Shown: piece after piece, positions 27,701-36,255 of the stretch | Position numbering within the stretch: position 1 is the stretch's first letter | Layout of the letters: the number at the start of each line of letters is the position of its first letter | Sequence record: MZ475895.1 | DNA: 64,000 bases | Reading direction: 5' to 3' (one strand) | Made by a program: the position numbers and the translations under genes | Notes under the pieces: generated by a model | The model's database searches: none | The model's input: the letters and a program-made list of their open reading frames with translations, nothing else | What the model was told of the DNA's origin: nothing

Positions 27701-30571
27701 GCGAACACGCACGCCACCAATGTCAACGTTGAACGTACCAGTCTGCAAGAAGCTCAGGCCAACGATGAAGAGGGTGTTCTGGGGAGCCTGCTTAATCACG
27801 TCGTACATACGGTCTTCACCCCAGGAGTTCACGGTGTCAGACGTAATAGGTACGGCGTTCCAACCATCAGCAATCTTGTGCAAGTCATCACACCAGTTCG
27901 ATACGAGGTTGGTAGGGCAGATGATCAGAGGACGAATGTTCTCTTCACCCAGGTCATTCAGCTCCTGAATGGTAGCAGCAATATCGGACAGACCAATGAT
28001 TGTCTTACCACCGCCAGGCGCGATAAAGACTGTAGCGTAACGCGGACGGCGGCGCAGTGTTTTGTGCGCTTCTACCTGATGTGGTAAGAGTGCAGCACCA
28101 GCTTTGAGTCCAGGAATACGAATGTCTTCAATCGTGATACCCTGATCAGGCTTAAGGCGTTCAATCTCAGTTTCCGCAGATTCGAAGATCTCCAGAGACT
28201 TAGGAATGACCGCGCTGTACATCTTGGAGAACGGCAGAATGATTTGCTGCAAACGTTCTGCGCCTGGCGCTTCGTCGCTTTCAACCAGAGAGCTAAACAG
28301 CTTCTTACGATCAGCATTGCCGATAGCAGCAGCCAGCTCACGATACAGCGCACCACCGAAGTAGTTGTTCAGTCGCGCCATGTCGCTGATTTTGGCAGTC
28401 TGACCCATCACAAAGTAATGCGTGTGATTAGGCAGAGACTCCATAGCACCAGCAATGTCACCGCTCATCTCAGTAACGGTAGTCGCTACCATGTTCGAGC
28501 CGCGCAGGCCAGACGCATCGTTGAGCACGCGTAGCATGATACGCATAGCAATCAGACCAGAATCACCCTGAGCCAGAGTAAAGTCATTCTCAATCAGACC
28601 CGCGTACAGGTTGTTGTCGAGAGAGCTTTCGGTCAGTGACGCGTTCTCTGCATCCATACCGATTGCAGCACGCGCTTGCTTGATCAGCGTAGGCAGATCA
28701 GGCACCAGCTTGTGGTTGAATGCGAAAGAATACGCAGCCACAGTCTGTGCGATGATGCTAACAAGGCCATCAACTTCCGAGTCTTCGGTAGTCGTGAACA
28801 CGATGGTCTTATCGTTGACGCTATCGATCAGTTTGCCCTTCGCAGCTTCCAGTTTAGCCGCCTGCAACAGCAGGTCATTAGCAACACGATACGAGGTCAT
28901 GTTACCGCTAGACTGGTTGCTCATGATGTTGCGGATAACGTTCGACGCTGAGCGGAAGTTAGGCGTTTCGCCAGGCTCTGCAAAGTCGTAACCAAGCATA
29001 TCAGCAACGTCTAACGAGTTAGGCGCTTTCATACCGACAGTACGGGTTTCGTTAACCGACAGGCCACCACCGTTCGAGGTGTTAACCACCAGCGCGAAGT
29101 CTGGGTCGACGCCGATACACACGTTGCTGAATCGCGTTAACGATTTGGCTTCCGCCTGCATCGAGTTATCGAAATCGAGGTTGCCGTTCTGAATAGCGAA
29201 GATGTTGGTACGCAGCGTCTGGTGTTCAGTAGACAGCGGTACGCCTTTCGCAAACAGATGTTCCAGCACGCGGTTCAATTCGGTTTCGTAGTTGCGCACC
29301 ATCTCAACGTCAATGTCTTCACGGCGCGGCAACACAGACAGCGTACCGTTAGGCATGATGGTCAGATCGTTCTCATCTGCCACAACATCATGGACAGCGT
29401 AGCCGAACTTCTCACGCAGTTGTTTGAGCGCAGGCAGACCAGTAGCAGAGGTAACGTAACGTGGGATACGCGCAGCACGCGTGATACCAGTACGAGTAGA
29501 ACCACTGATACGGAAGTAATAGCTCGTCCAGCCCTGGAACCAACGATACAGACACATGGTCTGAGTGTCAGCACCCTGAGAGATGTACTCAACCATCTCT
29601 TTGCTCAGGTTAACAATCAGGCCGCCTTCTGCGCGAATGTCGGTAGCAATTGCTACTTCGTTGAACTCCAGCGGATAGTCGTGGCTGATCTTCATCGCTT
29701 CGAGTTTGCGATCAATCATCTGCTTGCCTGGGATAGAGCGCAGGCCCAGAGTCATGAAGTCGCCGAGCGCATCAACAACGTCTTTGTCCAGATTACGGAA
29801 CAGGTTGATATCCAGATTGTGCATCTTCGGGTGAACACCACGAAGCGCCGCGTTGTAGATAGACCAGTCTTTGCCGAGAGGGATACGAACAACTTTGGTC
29901 TGGAACACGTTGGCGTTGGTACGCGCTTCACCGAAGATATCCTTGTACAGGGTCTTCGCGGCGTTGATAGCTGCCTGAGCAATATCAGAGCTATACACCT
30001 GAATGTTCATCTGCTCAAAGTTAGAGTCGTTATCGACACGAGGACGATCACTACCCTGACTGTTCGTAACGTTGAAGTTACCCGCACCAGCAGCTGGAGA
30101 CTGCGGGCATGGCGTGCCTGACATGATAATGTCTTTGCCGCCTGGGTACACGGTACTGTTTTCGATGATAGCGCCTGAGGTATTACTCAAGTTCTCCGCT
30201 AACGCCGTTTTGATTTCACGCGACAGCTTACCGCTGTTCAGCAGCACCTGAATCTTGTTCGTGGACATGTCCACATATTGCTGCACACGCTTGGTGAACT
30301 CTTCTGGCGCTACTTCCAGAATGTCTTCGAACTCAGCACCATTACGGATGATGTAGTTGAGCAAGTCGAATGCTGCATAGATACGGGCGACAGTTGACGC
30401 AGAGAACACGGCCAGTGTTTCATAGTGACGGCGTGCTTTGCCTGTCACGTACATCTTGGACATGAGCTGCTCGGAGCCGAACGGTACAGGTTTTACCGCC
30501 AGCGCCTGATTAAAGCTATCAGCAATTTGCTGGGTCGCTGTGGCGGAGGTACTGATAATCTGATTCATCAT
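24737..30571 (-). CDS. Giant SNF2/SF2-type helicase-domain protein, probably virion-associated
   Basis: 1944 aa; LLPHQ, APGGGKT, LIICP, MLDESH, IATGT, SEGHNMQ, QSTARIFR; N-terminal IISTSA. Confidence 0.8.
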   Translation of the reverse strand: MMNQIISTSATATQQIADSFNQALAVKPVPFGSEQLMSKMYVTGKARRHYETLAVFSASTVARIYAAFDLLNYIIRNGAEFEDILEVAPEEFTKRVQQYVDMSTNKIQVLLNSGKLSREIKTALAENLSNTSGAIIENSTVYPGGKDIIMSGTPCPQSPAAGAGNFNVTNSQGSDRPRVDNDSNFEQMNIQVYSSDIAQAAINAAKTLYKDIFGEARTNANVFQTKVVRIPLGKDWSIYNAALRGVHPKMHNLDINLFRNLDKDVVDALGDFMTLGLRSIPGKQMIDRKLEAMKISHDYPLEFNEVAIATDIRAEGGLIVNLSKEMVEYISQGADTQTMCLYRWFQGWTSYYFRISGSTRTGITRAARIPRYVTSATGLPALKQLREKFGYAVHDVVADENDLTIMPNGTLSVLPRREDIDVEMVRNYETELNRVLEHLFAKGVPLSTEHQTLRTNIFAIQNGNLDFDNSMQAEAKSLTRFSNVCIGVDPDFALVVNTSNGGGLSVNETRTVGMKAPNSLDVADMLGYDFAEPGETPNFRSASNVIRNIMSNQSSGNMTSYRVANDLLLQAAKLEAAKGKLIDSVNDKTIVFTTTEDSEVDGLVSIIAQTVAAYSFAFNHKLVPDLPTLIKQARAAIGMDAENASLTESSLDNNLYAGLIENDFTLAQGDSGLIAMRIMLRVLNDASGLRGSNMVATTVTEMSGDIAGAMESLPNHTHYFVMGQTAKISDMARLNNYFGGALYRELAAAIGNADRKKLFSSLVESDEAPGAERLQQIILPFSKMYSAVIPKSLEIFESAETEIERLKPDQGITIEDIRIPGLKAGAALLPHQVEAHKTLRRRPRYATVFIAPGGGKTIIGLSDIAATIQELNDLGEENIRPLIICPTNLVSNWCDDLHKIADGWNAVPITSDTVNSWGEDRMYDVIKQAPQNTLFIVGLSFLQTGTFNVDIGGVRVRVRGAVEFVNRFNFSYVMLDESHKVKNFSGGQSGSQVHFNTKAVFTAPSVRYARIATGTLVTDRVRDIVGQAALMTPAMFGDSLDVAYDGAKDDIEMIRRAHSRMSNHTAFISFKRKNWAFMLPNPIDTFIQVEIDDPTVPNSSLHQEVYNAMYAQVLEKLQEAANNAKRRAASAGEDDEEDGAEATASDDIDEDDIEEGDDLGALLAGNADLNMYFQRMEMMLTDPMGDDVARLTFENAGVTKFVSAKVLTIIERIRKHFEVQPERDPLVKEQQIFNWTQGVTPRELDMAVYQGQKYLARKQSEEFQRQTLPPSMVPPPEDPDYWKPEVQGKLIVFTRYTRAANAIYNSLPENYKKVAVVYHGEVGKLGQNKEANLDAFKTDDRVQILIANEQAISEGHNMQMGSRIIRCDTPWSPGTYDQSTARIFRPDVAAAVLDENGKPGDMKREAVFIDWVMTNKTLEVGKVARLMWKTLEKTRFDEKGNQRYEKLDQYQLAPIKMNASLLIDNNTMEDFKPYFLAKRDLNDIEAQEFQEMRKTTIAAMQPLPATPALRDFRIMEQVPIVANQKIPDRHNWGLERLLDWARNQNFSSGENVKDALNRAPVVTEFGNGIIVSVTVRTADGKLRADSPISTVRVRLAGGEEIVTVPANKVHYAGKVSPADLKRFFEVRKPWATAKDRKRVEAEAKRVEVEDTVTDETQTADSKATEKKVEAQERKNARVTQRKANKEEGKPINEGVEQAAARVRRRKAAELPPLDNKVRKAVRGTAVTLDDGTDMSLELTPTVYNGFVALYADATDPDAKALKDFEFTEFGDYVYIDCAYYSDFEKFLDFIEAKKLDFDGPSSRRLEFVQDFFDESTPKLSFNYQLAVKAQSQLKQFFQIRHTSAKDVKHIKAYPMVMEDRLRIMFDLATNPKVKRFVGTKIPNTRKFGTFSLSSGMWISFVKNVAGAKARINRIQKAGYSIPNMKQCLAALTKLKLTASKDKSV

Positions 30572-31065
30572 TCACCCAGTTTAGTGTAGTTGTCAATCAC
30601 TGACTGCCACAAAGCAGGCACCTGAAGGCGACGATCAGCAGCAATGTCCGAGAGAGTCATTGCCAATGCGTATGCACGCAGAGGTTTGAGTCCTTCAAAC
30701 TTATCACGAGTGAACACCGAACCTAATTGCTCGTTGGTCAGTTCGTTATACTGCTCGCGGTATTCTGCACGATACTTAACGTAGTTACCGTCATCAACAG
30801 GAGTGGTGTCAGGCGCGGACTGTGCGAATTGAATCGTCTTAGCCATAGCATCCATCAACAGCAGAAGGTCTGCTTGATCGTATGGCGAAATGTCAGGCAC
30901 GCCAGCTTTACCCAAAAGGTCCACAACTGATTGCGGCAATTGGATAGGCTCACGCGAATCTGACACGGACTGCATAATCCCTTGAGCTGCACCAGCGTAG
31001 CGTTTATCACTACCAGCCAGTTCAGCCAAGAGAGAAACGAGTCGTGCGTTAATCTCTAAACTCAC
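30568..31065 (-). CDS. Hypothetical protein (head-block context)
   Basis: 165 aa; AGGAG RBS. Confidence 0.6.
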   Translation of the reverse strand: MSLEINARLVSLLAELAGSDKRYAGAAQGIMQSVSDSREPIQLPQSVVDLLGKAGVPDISPYDQADLLLLMDAMAKTIQFAQSAPDTTPVDDGNYVKYRAEYREQYNELTNEQLGSVFTRDKFEGLKPLRAYALAMTLSDIAADRRLQVPALWQSVIDNYTKLGE

Positions 31066-31075
31066 GGTGATTCTC

Positions 31076-31858
31076 CTAAGTAAAAATGCTCTTGACCAAA
31101 CTGTTGAGTTTCTTCTCTACGGCGGTGCGCTTGTGAGAAGTCAAAAAACAGCACAGTCTGCGAGACTGTAAGTGCAACGCAAAAGCATTACCCTTAACGC
31201 GCATACAGCTAATCCCCAGGTCCAGATTCCATGGATGCCACTGACGTGGTAATAACATGGCTTGCTGAATCGCCGGATAAGTGTCCGTAACAACAGGCGA
31301 AGGGGACTTTGCAAGTTTCTGAGTCAAATTATCAGTCTTGAACAAAGCCTTAGGCTGTTTGTTAGAAAACCAGTAAGGAACCTGTCTGTGGAGTATCTCA
31401 CCCACTTTCGGGATTCCTGTGCGATTAGTCTGCGGCACGTATACCAAGTATATATCAACTGTCGTGTTAATGCAATTGGCTACGCGATTAAAATCGCTGG
31501 TGGTTCGTGAGTGTACCTCAGCAAGACGAAACTTGCTATTGAACTCAATACGTTGCAGCCAGCGTTTCAGATCTGTCTGTTGCAGTTTAAGCAGCGCACG
31601 CGCACTATCGATTGAATGACGAGTGACACGCGGCACAGGACGAATCAAATACTTTGTGCTGGTGCGAGACAGAGAAGACAGGAAGCCATCAACAACACGT
31701 TCCATGCCAAGAGGCTGTGGCAGCGAGTTGAACAAATCTACCGCTGTTTGTGTTGAGATGTACGATCCCCAAGCATCAAGATACTCAGGGTCTACACAAT
31801 CAGGGAAGTTCCGCAGATCGAGACCGACAGCAGAACCATAGGCTTTCAAACGACTCAC
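31076..31858 (-). CDS. Hypothetical protein
   Basis: 260 aa, basic. Confidence 0.55.
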   Translation of the reverse strand: MSRLKAYGSAVGLDLRNFPDCVDPEYLDAWGSYISTQTAVDLFNSLPQPLGMERVVDGFLSSLSRTSTKYLIRPVPRVTRHSIDSARALLKLQQTDLKRWLQRIEFNSKFRLAEVHSRTTSDFNRVANCINTTVDIYLVYVPQTNRTGIPKVGEILHRQVPYWFSNKQPKALFKTDNLTQKLAKSPSPVVTDTYPAIQQAMLLPRQWHPWNLDLGISCMRVKGNAFALHLQSRRLCCFLTSHKRTAVEKKLNSLVKSIFT

Positions 31859-32220
31859 CGTCTACCTCCATGAAGCAACTTCGAACCTCTTCGGTTCGCT
31901 GAGCCTATCTGGTTATTATCACAATCATGGCACAGCAGCTCCAGATTGTGTTTGAGATTGCTTCCACCACGTGAGTGGGGAACTTTGTGGTTAAGAATCA
32001 GTTGTGGTGTACGCTTACCGCAACGTTCGCACGCTTGACCACGCTCATCGATGATCTGCATTTTGAATGCGTGCCACTCTGAACGGTCCATACGAACATG
32101 CGTACCAGCACGCGCACGCTCCATGCCTGAAACACCAGCAAGGCGTTGAGTAGTAGACAGGCTACGACCCCGACCGCCATTCTGTCTTGCAGCGATACCG
32201 CCACGCGCTCTATATACCAT
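31855..32220 (-). CDS. HNH endonuclease
   Basis: CERC...HKVPHSRGGSN...NLELLCHDCDN. Confidence 0.85.
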   Translation of the reverse strand: MVYRARGGIAARQNGGRGRSLSTTQRLAGVSGMERARAGTHVRMDRSEWHAFKMQIIDERGQACERCGKRTPQLILNHKVPHSRGGSNLKHNLELLCHDCDNNQIGSANRRGSKLLHGGRR

Positions 32221-32239
32221 GAGAACCTCCTACAGTTTA

Positions 32240-32248
32240 TTTTACAGT
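32240..32248 (-). promoter_or_regulatory. CTGTAAAAA variant motif upstream of the HNH gene
   Basis: 20 nt upstream of 32220. Confidence 0.3.
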
Positions 32249-32253
32249 TGTTT

Positions 32254-33075
32254 TTATGCTGAGGAGCTGAATATCTCAACTGTTTTATTCAAGCCCGCCT
32301 GGTACGCCATCTCAATGTCTTTGGCAGCGTTACGGATAATCTGCGTAACAGCAGCATCGGCTTTGGCGATCTCTTCGATAGCGAGGTTCTTTTTGTTCCA
32401 CGCTTTGATCAGATGGTTAACACCAACAAGAATCGTACCAGCAGACTCTGCAAATGGACCCATAACTTCGGCATTAAGGATTTCAGCAAGCTGGGAAACG
32501 TCACGCAACGCACGAAGGTCAGCAATGATTTCACGCATCTGATTGTATAGCTGCATCAGCGCATAAATGTCACGGCTTTGTTTCTTGTCGCGGTAGTTCT
32601 CCTCACAGATACGAGCCATAGACTGACACTGACCAAACATTGTCATGTACTCGGCGATCTGTTCATTCTCTTGCTTGATAACGTCAGGTACTTCTGACAG
32701 CACTTCCATCAGTTCGCCTTCTAAGGCAACGAGGTCTGTACCGCCCATAGACTTGACTTTCTTTTTCTTCTTCGCCTCTTTGATTGTCTCAACGGCGTTA
32801 GTCTTCTTTTTCTTTTTCTTCGCTTTCTTTTCTTCTCTCACGGCCAATGCTTTCTGTGTGGCCGCAATATCCGCATACATCTCATCGGCATCAATGCGCG
32901 TAGGCATAATGTCTTTCGAGCTATCGGATTTCTTTTTCTTTTTAACCTTCACGCCTTTGCTAACTGTCTTAGCTTTCTTGACGGAAGTCTTTGCCTTCAC
33001 CGTCGCCTTCTTTTTCTTCTTGACAGGAAGAGGCTGAGCGTGTGAGCCAATGTCGTCCAAGCTTATGGCTGGCAT
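32254..33075 (-). CDS. Protein with a poly-Lys N-terminal region and a helical C-terminal domain
   Basis: 273 aa; KKKKK runs; function unknown (small-terminase-like is only a guess). Confidence 0.55.
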   Translation of the reverse strand: MPAISLDDIGSHAQPLPVKKKKKATVKAKTSVKKAKTVSKGVKVKKKKKSDSSKDIMPTRIDADEMYADIAATQKALAVREEKKAKKKKKKTNAVETIKEAKKKKKVKSMGGTDLVALEGELMEVLSEVPDVIKQENEQIAEYMTMFGQCQSMARICEENYRDKKQSRDIYALMQLYNQMREIIADLRALRDVSQLAEILNAEVMGPFAESAGTILVGVNHLIKAWNKKNLAIEEIAKADAAVTQIIRNAAKDIEMAYQAGLNKTVEIFSSSA

Positions 33076-33097
33076 AGTGAAATCCTCTGAGGAAATG

Positions 33098-33125
33098 AAA
33101 AAGGGAACCCTGTTAGGCTCCCTTT
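33098..33125 (-). terminator. Intrinsic terminator
   Basis: GGGAGCC-UAACAG-GGUUCCC-UUUUU. Confidence 0.75.
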
Positions 33126-33133
33126 AGGGTTTG

Positions 33134-33934
33134 TTAGAAGCTGTGTGCGCGAATACGATCAGCAAGAAGCGAGAAGTATTCAGGGCTGTAGCGATACACC
33201 TTAGCGTAGTAGTCGAGCAGCTTAGGCACATCAACACCCGCAGCGGCAGACACGCTATCCAGCGCAGGGAACTGGCGCTCGTCAAGCTCATCGCTCGGCA
33301 GCACAGCTACCATTGAAGCTGAGGTGATTTGTTCGCTGTTACCGTCGAAGTCAACAACGAGGAAGCTGTTGTCGTCAGTAACACGCGCAGCAACGAAGCC
33401 AACGGTCAACGCACCAGACGCAGACACGAAGCTGAGCATGTCGCCACCCTGAGCACCAGCACGGTCAGCAGCATTAGCAGACAGAGACTGAGCGACTTCA
33501 GGCAGACGTGCGTTCAGGTTGAAAGTAGAAGCGCCAGACACAGAACGAATCATATCGATCAGGTCGGCGTTATCGTTTGCTTCTGACTGGCGCACCAGAA
33601 CATCTTCACCGCTTTCAGATTTGCGAACAGCCCACATGCGCTCTTGTTTGTCCATATACATGTTCTTGGACAGAGCCTGGAACTCATCGCCCATCTGAGC
33701 AACAGGAACGATATCCTGCATACGGGTCAGAATGGTACGAACGAAGCTGGAGGTTTTACCCTGCTCAATCATCGAGGTCGCACCCTGAACAGGCATGAAC
33801 TCGCGATCACAGGAAGCGCTCACGATAGCACCGAAGTTATCGGTAATATCTTCGTTTGGGGTATGTGTAACTTGCACGATGGCCACACTCTGGGTGTCGT
33901 TGAGCTGGTCAATCTGCTTGATGAAAGCGTCCAT
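33134..33934 (-). CDS. Putative head/prohead protein with several internal SxS(A/G) sites
   Basis: Start reassigned to MDAFIK (AGGAG RBS at normal spacing); RSVSG, QSLSA and DSVSA motifs. Confidence 0.55.
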   Translation of the reverse strand: MDAFIKQIDQLNDTQSVAIVQVTHTPNEDITDNFGAIVSASCDREFMPVQGATSMIEQGKTSSFVRTILTRMQDIVPVAQMGDEFQALSKNMYMDKQERMWAVRKSESGEDVLVRQSEANDNADLIDMIRSVSGASTFNLNARLPEVAQSLSANAADRAGAQGGDMLSFVSASGALTVGFVAARVTDDNSFLVVDFDGNSEQITSASMVAVLPSDELDERQFPALDSVSAAAGVDVPKLLDYYAKVYRYSPEYFSLLADRIRAHSF

Positions 33935-33962
33935 TGTCATCTCCTGGGATATGTTTGACAAT

Positions 33963-33972
33963 ATGAAATTAG
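33963..33972 (-). promoter_or_regulatory. Candidate late-type motif CTAATTTCAT
   Basis: 29 nt upstream of 33934. Confidence 0.4.
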
Positions 33973-33983
33973 TATTTCGAGGG

Positions 33984-35147
33984 TTACCTGGTCACGCTGT
34001 AACGCGCATTTACCCAGATACTTCGGTTACCAACAGTTGCCCACTTGGTAGTAGGAGCGTTTGTGATGCCGAGCTTGCCGAGAGAACGCGCGCCATCGAT
34101 AGCACCAGAACCCTGAGAACCATCACCATCGTTGATACCAGCTTTCGACAGTTTGTTCTTCAAGTTGGTGACAGGACCTTGTATCTGTGTTTCGATTCTG
34201 CCTAAAGCAGCTTCGATAGCAGGGGTGCGGTCCATATTGAGGTTGACTACTTGCCCAGTGAAGTCAAAGGCCATACTGCCCTCTGCTTGCAACTGAGCTG
34301 CGAGCGCATAGTAACACGCACACGTTAGCCAACCATCAAGTATTGTACCTTGCATGTTCGTACCACTAAAGCCCGTAACGCGAGGGCCTACCATGTTGAA
34401 CAGCGCAAGGCCACGATAGAGATAACCAATCAGATCAGCCTGAGTGTATTCCAACTCAGGTATCACGTTAAATGCACGCGCTTTGTTTATATGGTCTTCG
34501 ACAAAGGAAGCAGCGAGCAACACTTGAGGAGTGATTACCCACAGCTTATACGTGTACATCTTGGTCGTCTTACGTGTCGCAGAAGTGTGTGAGGCGATAA
34601 GCGAGATAGGTTCGAGGCGACGAGTCGCTACCCATACAGGCACTTTGAACACGCAGGTATCAGCGCGGTTCACAATCATCTTAACACCCGCATCGCTGGA
34701 ACTAATGTCCGTCGCAATGATTTGGTTGTTGAGAGATAACTGGAAGCGCAGCTTATCACCACGAGTATCAAAATGAAAAGGCAACGTTAGCTCAAACGTT
34801 TCTTCATCGCCAAACAAACACACAATGTCTGTTACACGGTTTTCAGTCAGAGGCTCAACGGTCAGTTCTTGGCGCGACTGCACGAGTCCCTCTTCGGACT
34901 CATATCGCCATGAGACAGTCAGACGTTTAGCGTCCGTAAGCCCCATGTTAGGAACTGCAAGGTCTGCGGTCCAATAGCCAGGCACTTCACCTGTTGTGGC
35001 AACCACTTGAGCAAGCACAGAACGATCTGAGGGATCGATGAGCGTTACCACAGGCCCCATGTCGTCTGACTGAGGATAAATCGGTTCGTCTAGGTCGTTG
35101 AAGAAACCTTCCTCAATGACCAATACGTTACCTTCAACAGTGCGCAT
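33984..35147 (-). CDS. Putative neck / head-tail adaptor protein
   Basis: Start MRTVEG; beta-rich N-terminal half and helical C-terminal half (YTQADLIGYLYRGLALFN...CACYYAL), an architecture typical of adaptors; structural context. Confidence 0.45.
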   Translation of the reverse strand: MRTVEGNVLVIEEGFFNDLDEPIYPQSDDMGPVVTLIDPSDRSVLAQVVATTGEVPGYWTADLAVPNMGLTDAKRLTVSWRYESEEGLVQSRQELTVEPLTENRVTDIVCLFGDEETFELTLPFHFDTRGDKLRFQLSLNNQIIATDISSSDAGVKMIVNRADTCVFKVPVWVATRRLEPISLIASHTSATRKTTKMYTYKLWVITPQVLLAASFVEDHINKARAFNVIPELEYTQADLIGYLYRGLALFNMVGPRVTGFSGTNMQGTILDGWLTCACYYALAAQLQAEGSMAFDFTGQVVNLNMDRTPAIEAALGRIETQIQGPVTNLKNKLSKAGINDGDGSQGSGAIDGARSLGKLGITNAPTTKWATVGNRSIWVNARYSVTR

Positions 35148-35148
35148 A

Positions 35149-36255
35149 TCAACCTGCCTTAGTGAGTCCCAGGTACTCAATTAAATTGCGTAGCTGGTCA
35201 TTGAACCCACCGGATATAAGCGCTCTCGCCATATTCAAGTGATTCGAAGAAACTGCACGCACAACCTTAGCCTGATACTCTGGAACGTTTTGCATGTTCT
35301 GAGTCAGGTTGTAGAAATAGCTGCGCACAAAGTTAGTTCGCTCCACATTGCTCGCTTCCATATCAGACGTATCTTGCGTCGGAGTAAGAAGCATATACAG
35401 GGCAGCAAGCAGTTCAGGAGTCGGGTCAACAATCTGCGATGCGATAGCGGCACTAAGTTTCATCATGCCTTTCGCAACGAAGTCCGCGACAGTTTTGTCG
35501 ATATACTCGGTGCCAGACTTGCCTACGTTCGGAAGATACAGTTTCGGCAGAATGTACATGCAGAAGTAAAGAGGGAAGTCTTTACGCATAACGTCCGAGA
35601 TAAGCATCTCTGAATAGTCTTTCCAGATGTTCACGTTGTAGTGCCATTCATCGTACGGCACAGTGCGCATCAGGTTAGACACACTCAGGTCGAGCACCTG
35701 ATTGGCTGTCGTAGCCAAGTCGATGTAGTTTGCAGCAGGCGAAAGGGACGCACTCGAAACCAATTGAACGTAGTTACGAGTCACAGCACCAACAGTGTTA
35801 TAAATAACATTGAGGAACTCAAGTCCGTTGCCGTTAAGCGCAAACAACACAGAGCGAGGTAGACCGACAGTCAGGTATTCGTTATTGTCAGCTACACCCC
35901 ATAAACGCCAATAGCGCCCACGACCAAGCTGCGTCAGAGGTTGAGGCAGCACGCGGTTGGGGCGCGGCTTGAGGCAAAACGTGAAGCAGATACCGCTGTC
36001 AATCATGATCACTGAATCATCGGGACGATTCGAGTAACCCATCGACATTTGATTGTCGGTACTGAATACGTTAACCAGAGTGAAGTTCAGAGCTTTGGTG
36101 AAAGGCATCTGAGCTTCAATTATCTGGGAGATGACTTGACGCAAGATAGTGTCAAGCACATAAGGAGAAGCACTTCGCATTTGTTGCGGTCGATACTGAC
36201 CACCGAAAGTGCTTTCCTTGAATGTGCGATCTACCTTGTAGTGGGTCATTGCCAT
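35149..36255 (-). CDS. Hypothetical protein (structural block)
   Basis: 368 aa; TAATG coupling with the upstream gene. Confidence 0.6.
   Translation of the reverse strand: MAMTHYKVDRTFKESTFGGQYRPQQMRSASPYVLDTILRQVISQIIEAQMPFTKALNFTLVNVFSTDNQMSMGYSNRPDDSVIMIDSGICFTFCLKPRPNRVLPQPLTQLGRGRYWRLWGVADNNEYLTVGLPRSVLFALNGNGLEFLNVIYNTVGAVTRNYVQLVSSASLSPAANYIDLATTANQVLDLSVSNLMRTVPYDEWHYNVNIWKDYSEMLISDVMRKDFPLYFCMYILPKLYLPNVGKSGTEYIDKTVADFVAKGMMKLSAAIASQIVDPTPELLAALYMLLTPTQDTSDMEASNVERTNFVRSYFYNLTQNMQNVPEYQAKVVRAVSSNHLNMARALISGGFNDQLRNLIEYLGLTKAG

Noticed and set aside
25025-30121. Long plus-strand ORFs (e.g. 25025..25933, 29222..30121, also 38697..39506, 20859..21431, 22564..23313)
   Set aside because: Antisense shadows of strongly codon-biased minus-strand genes; no RBS, no recognisable motifs
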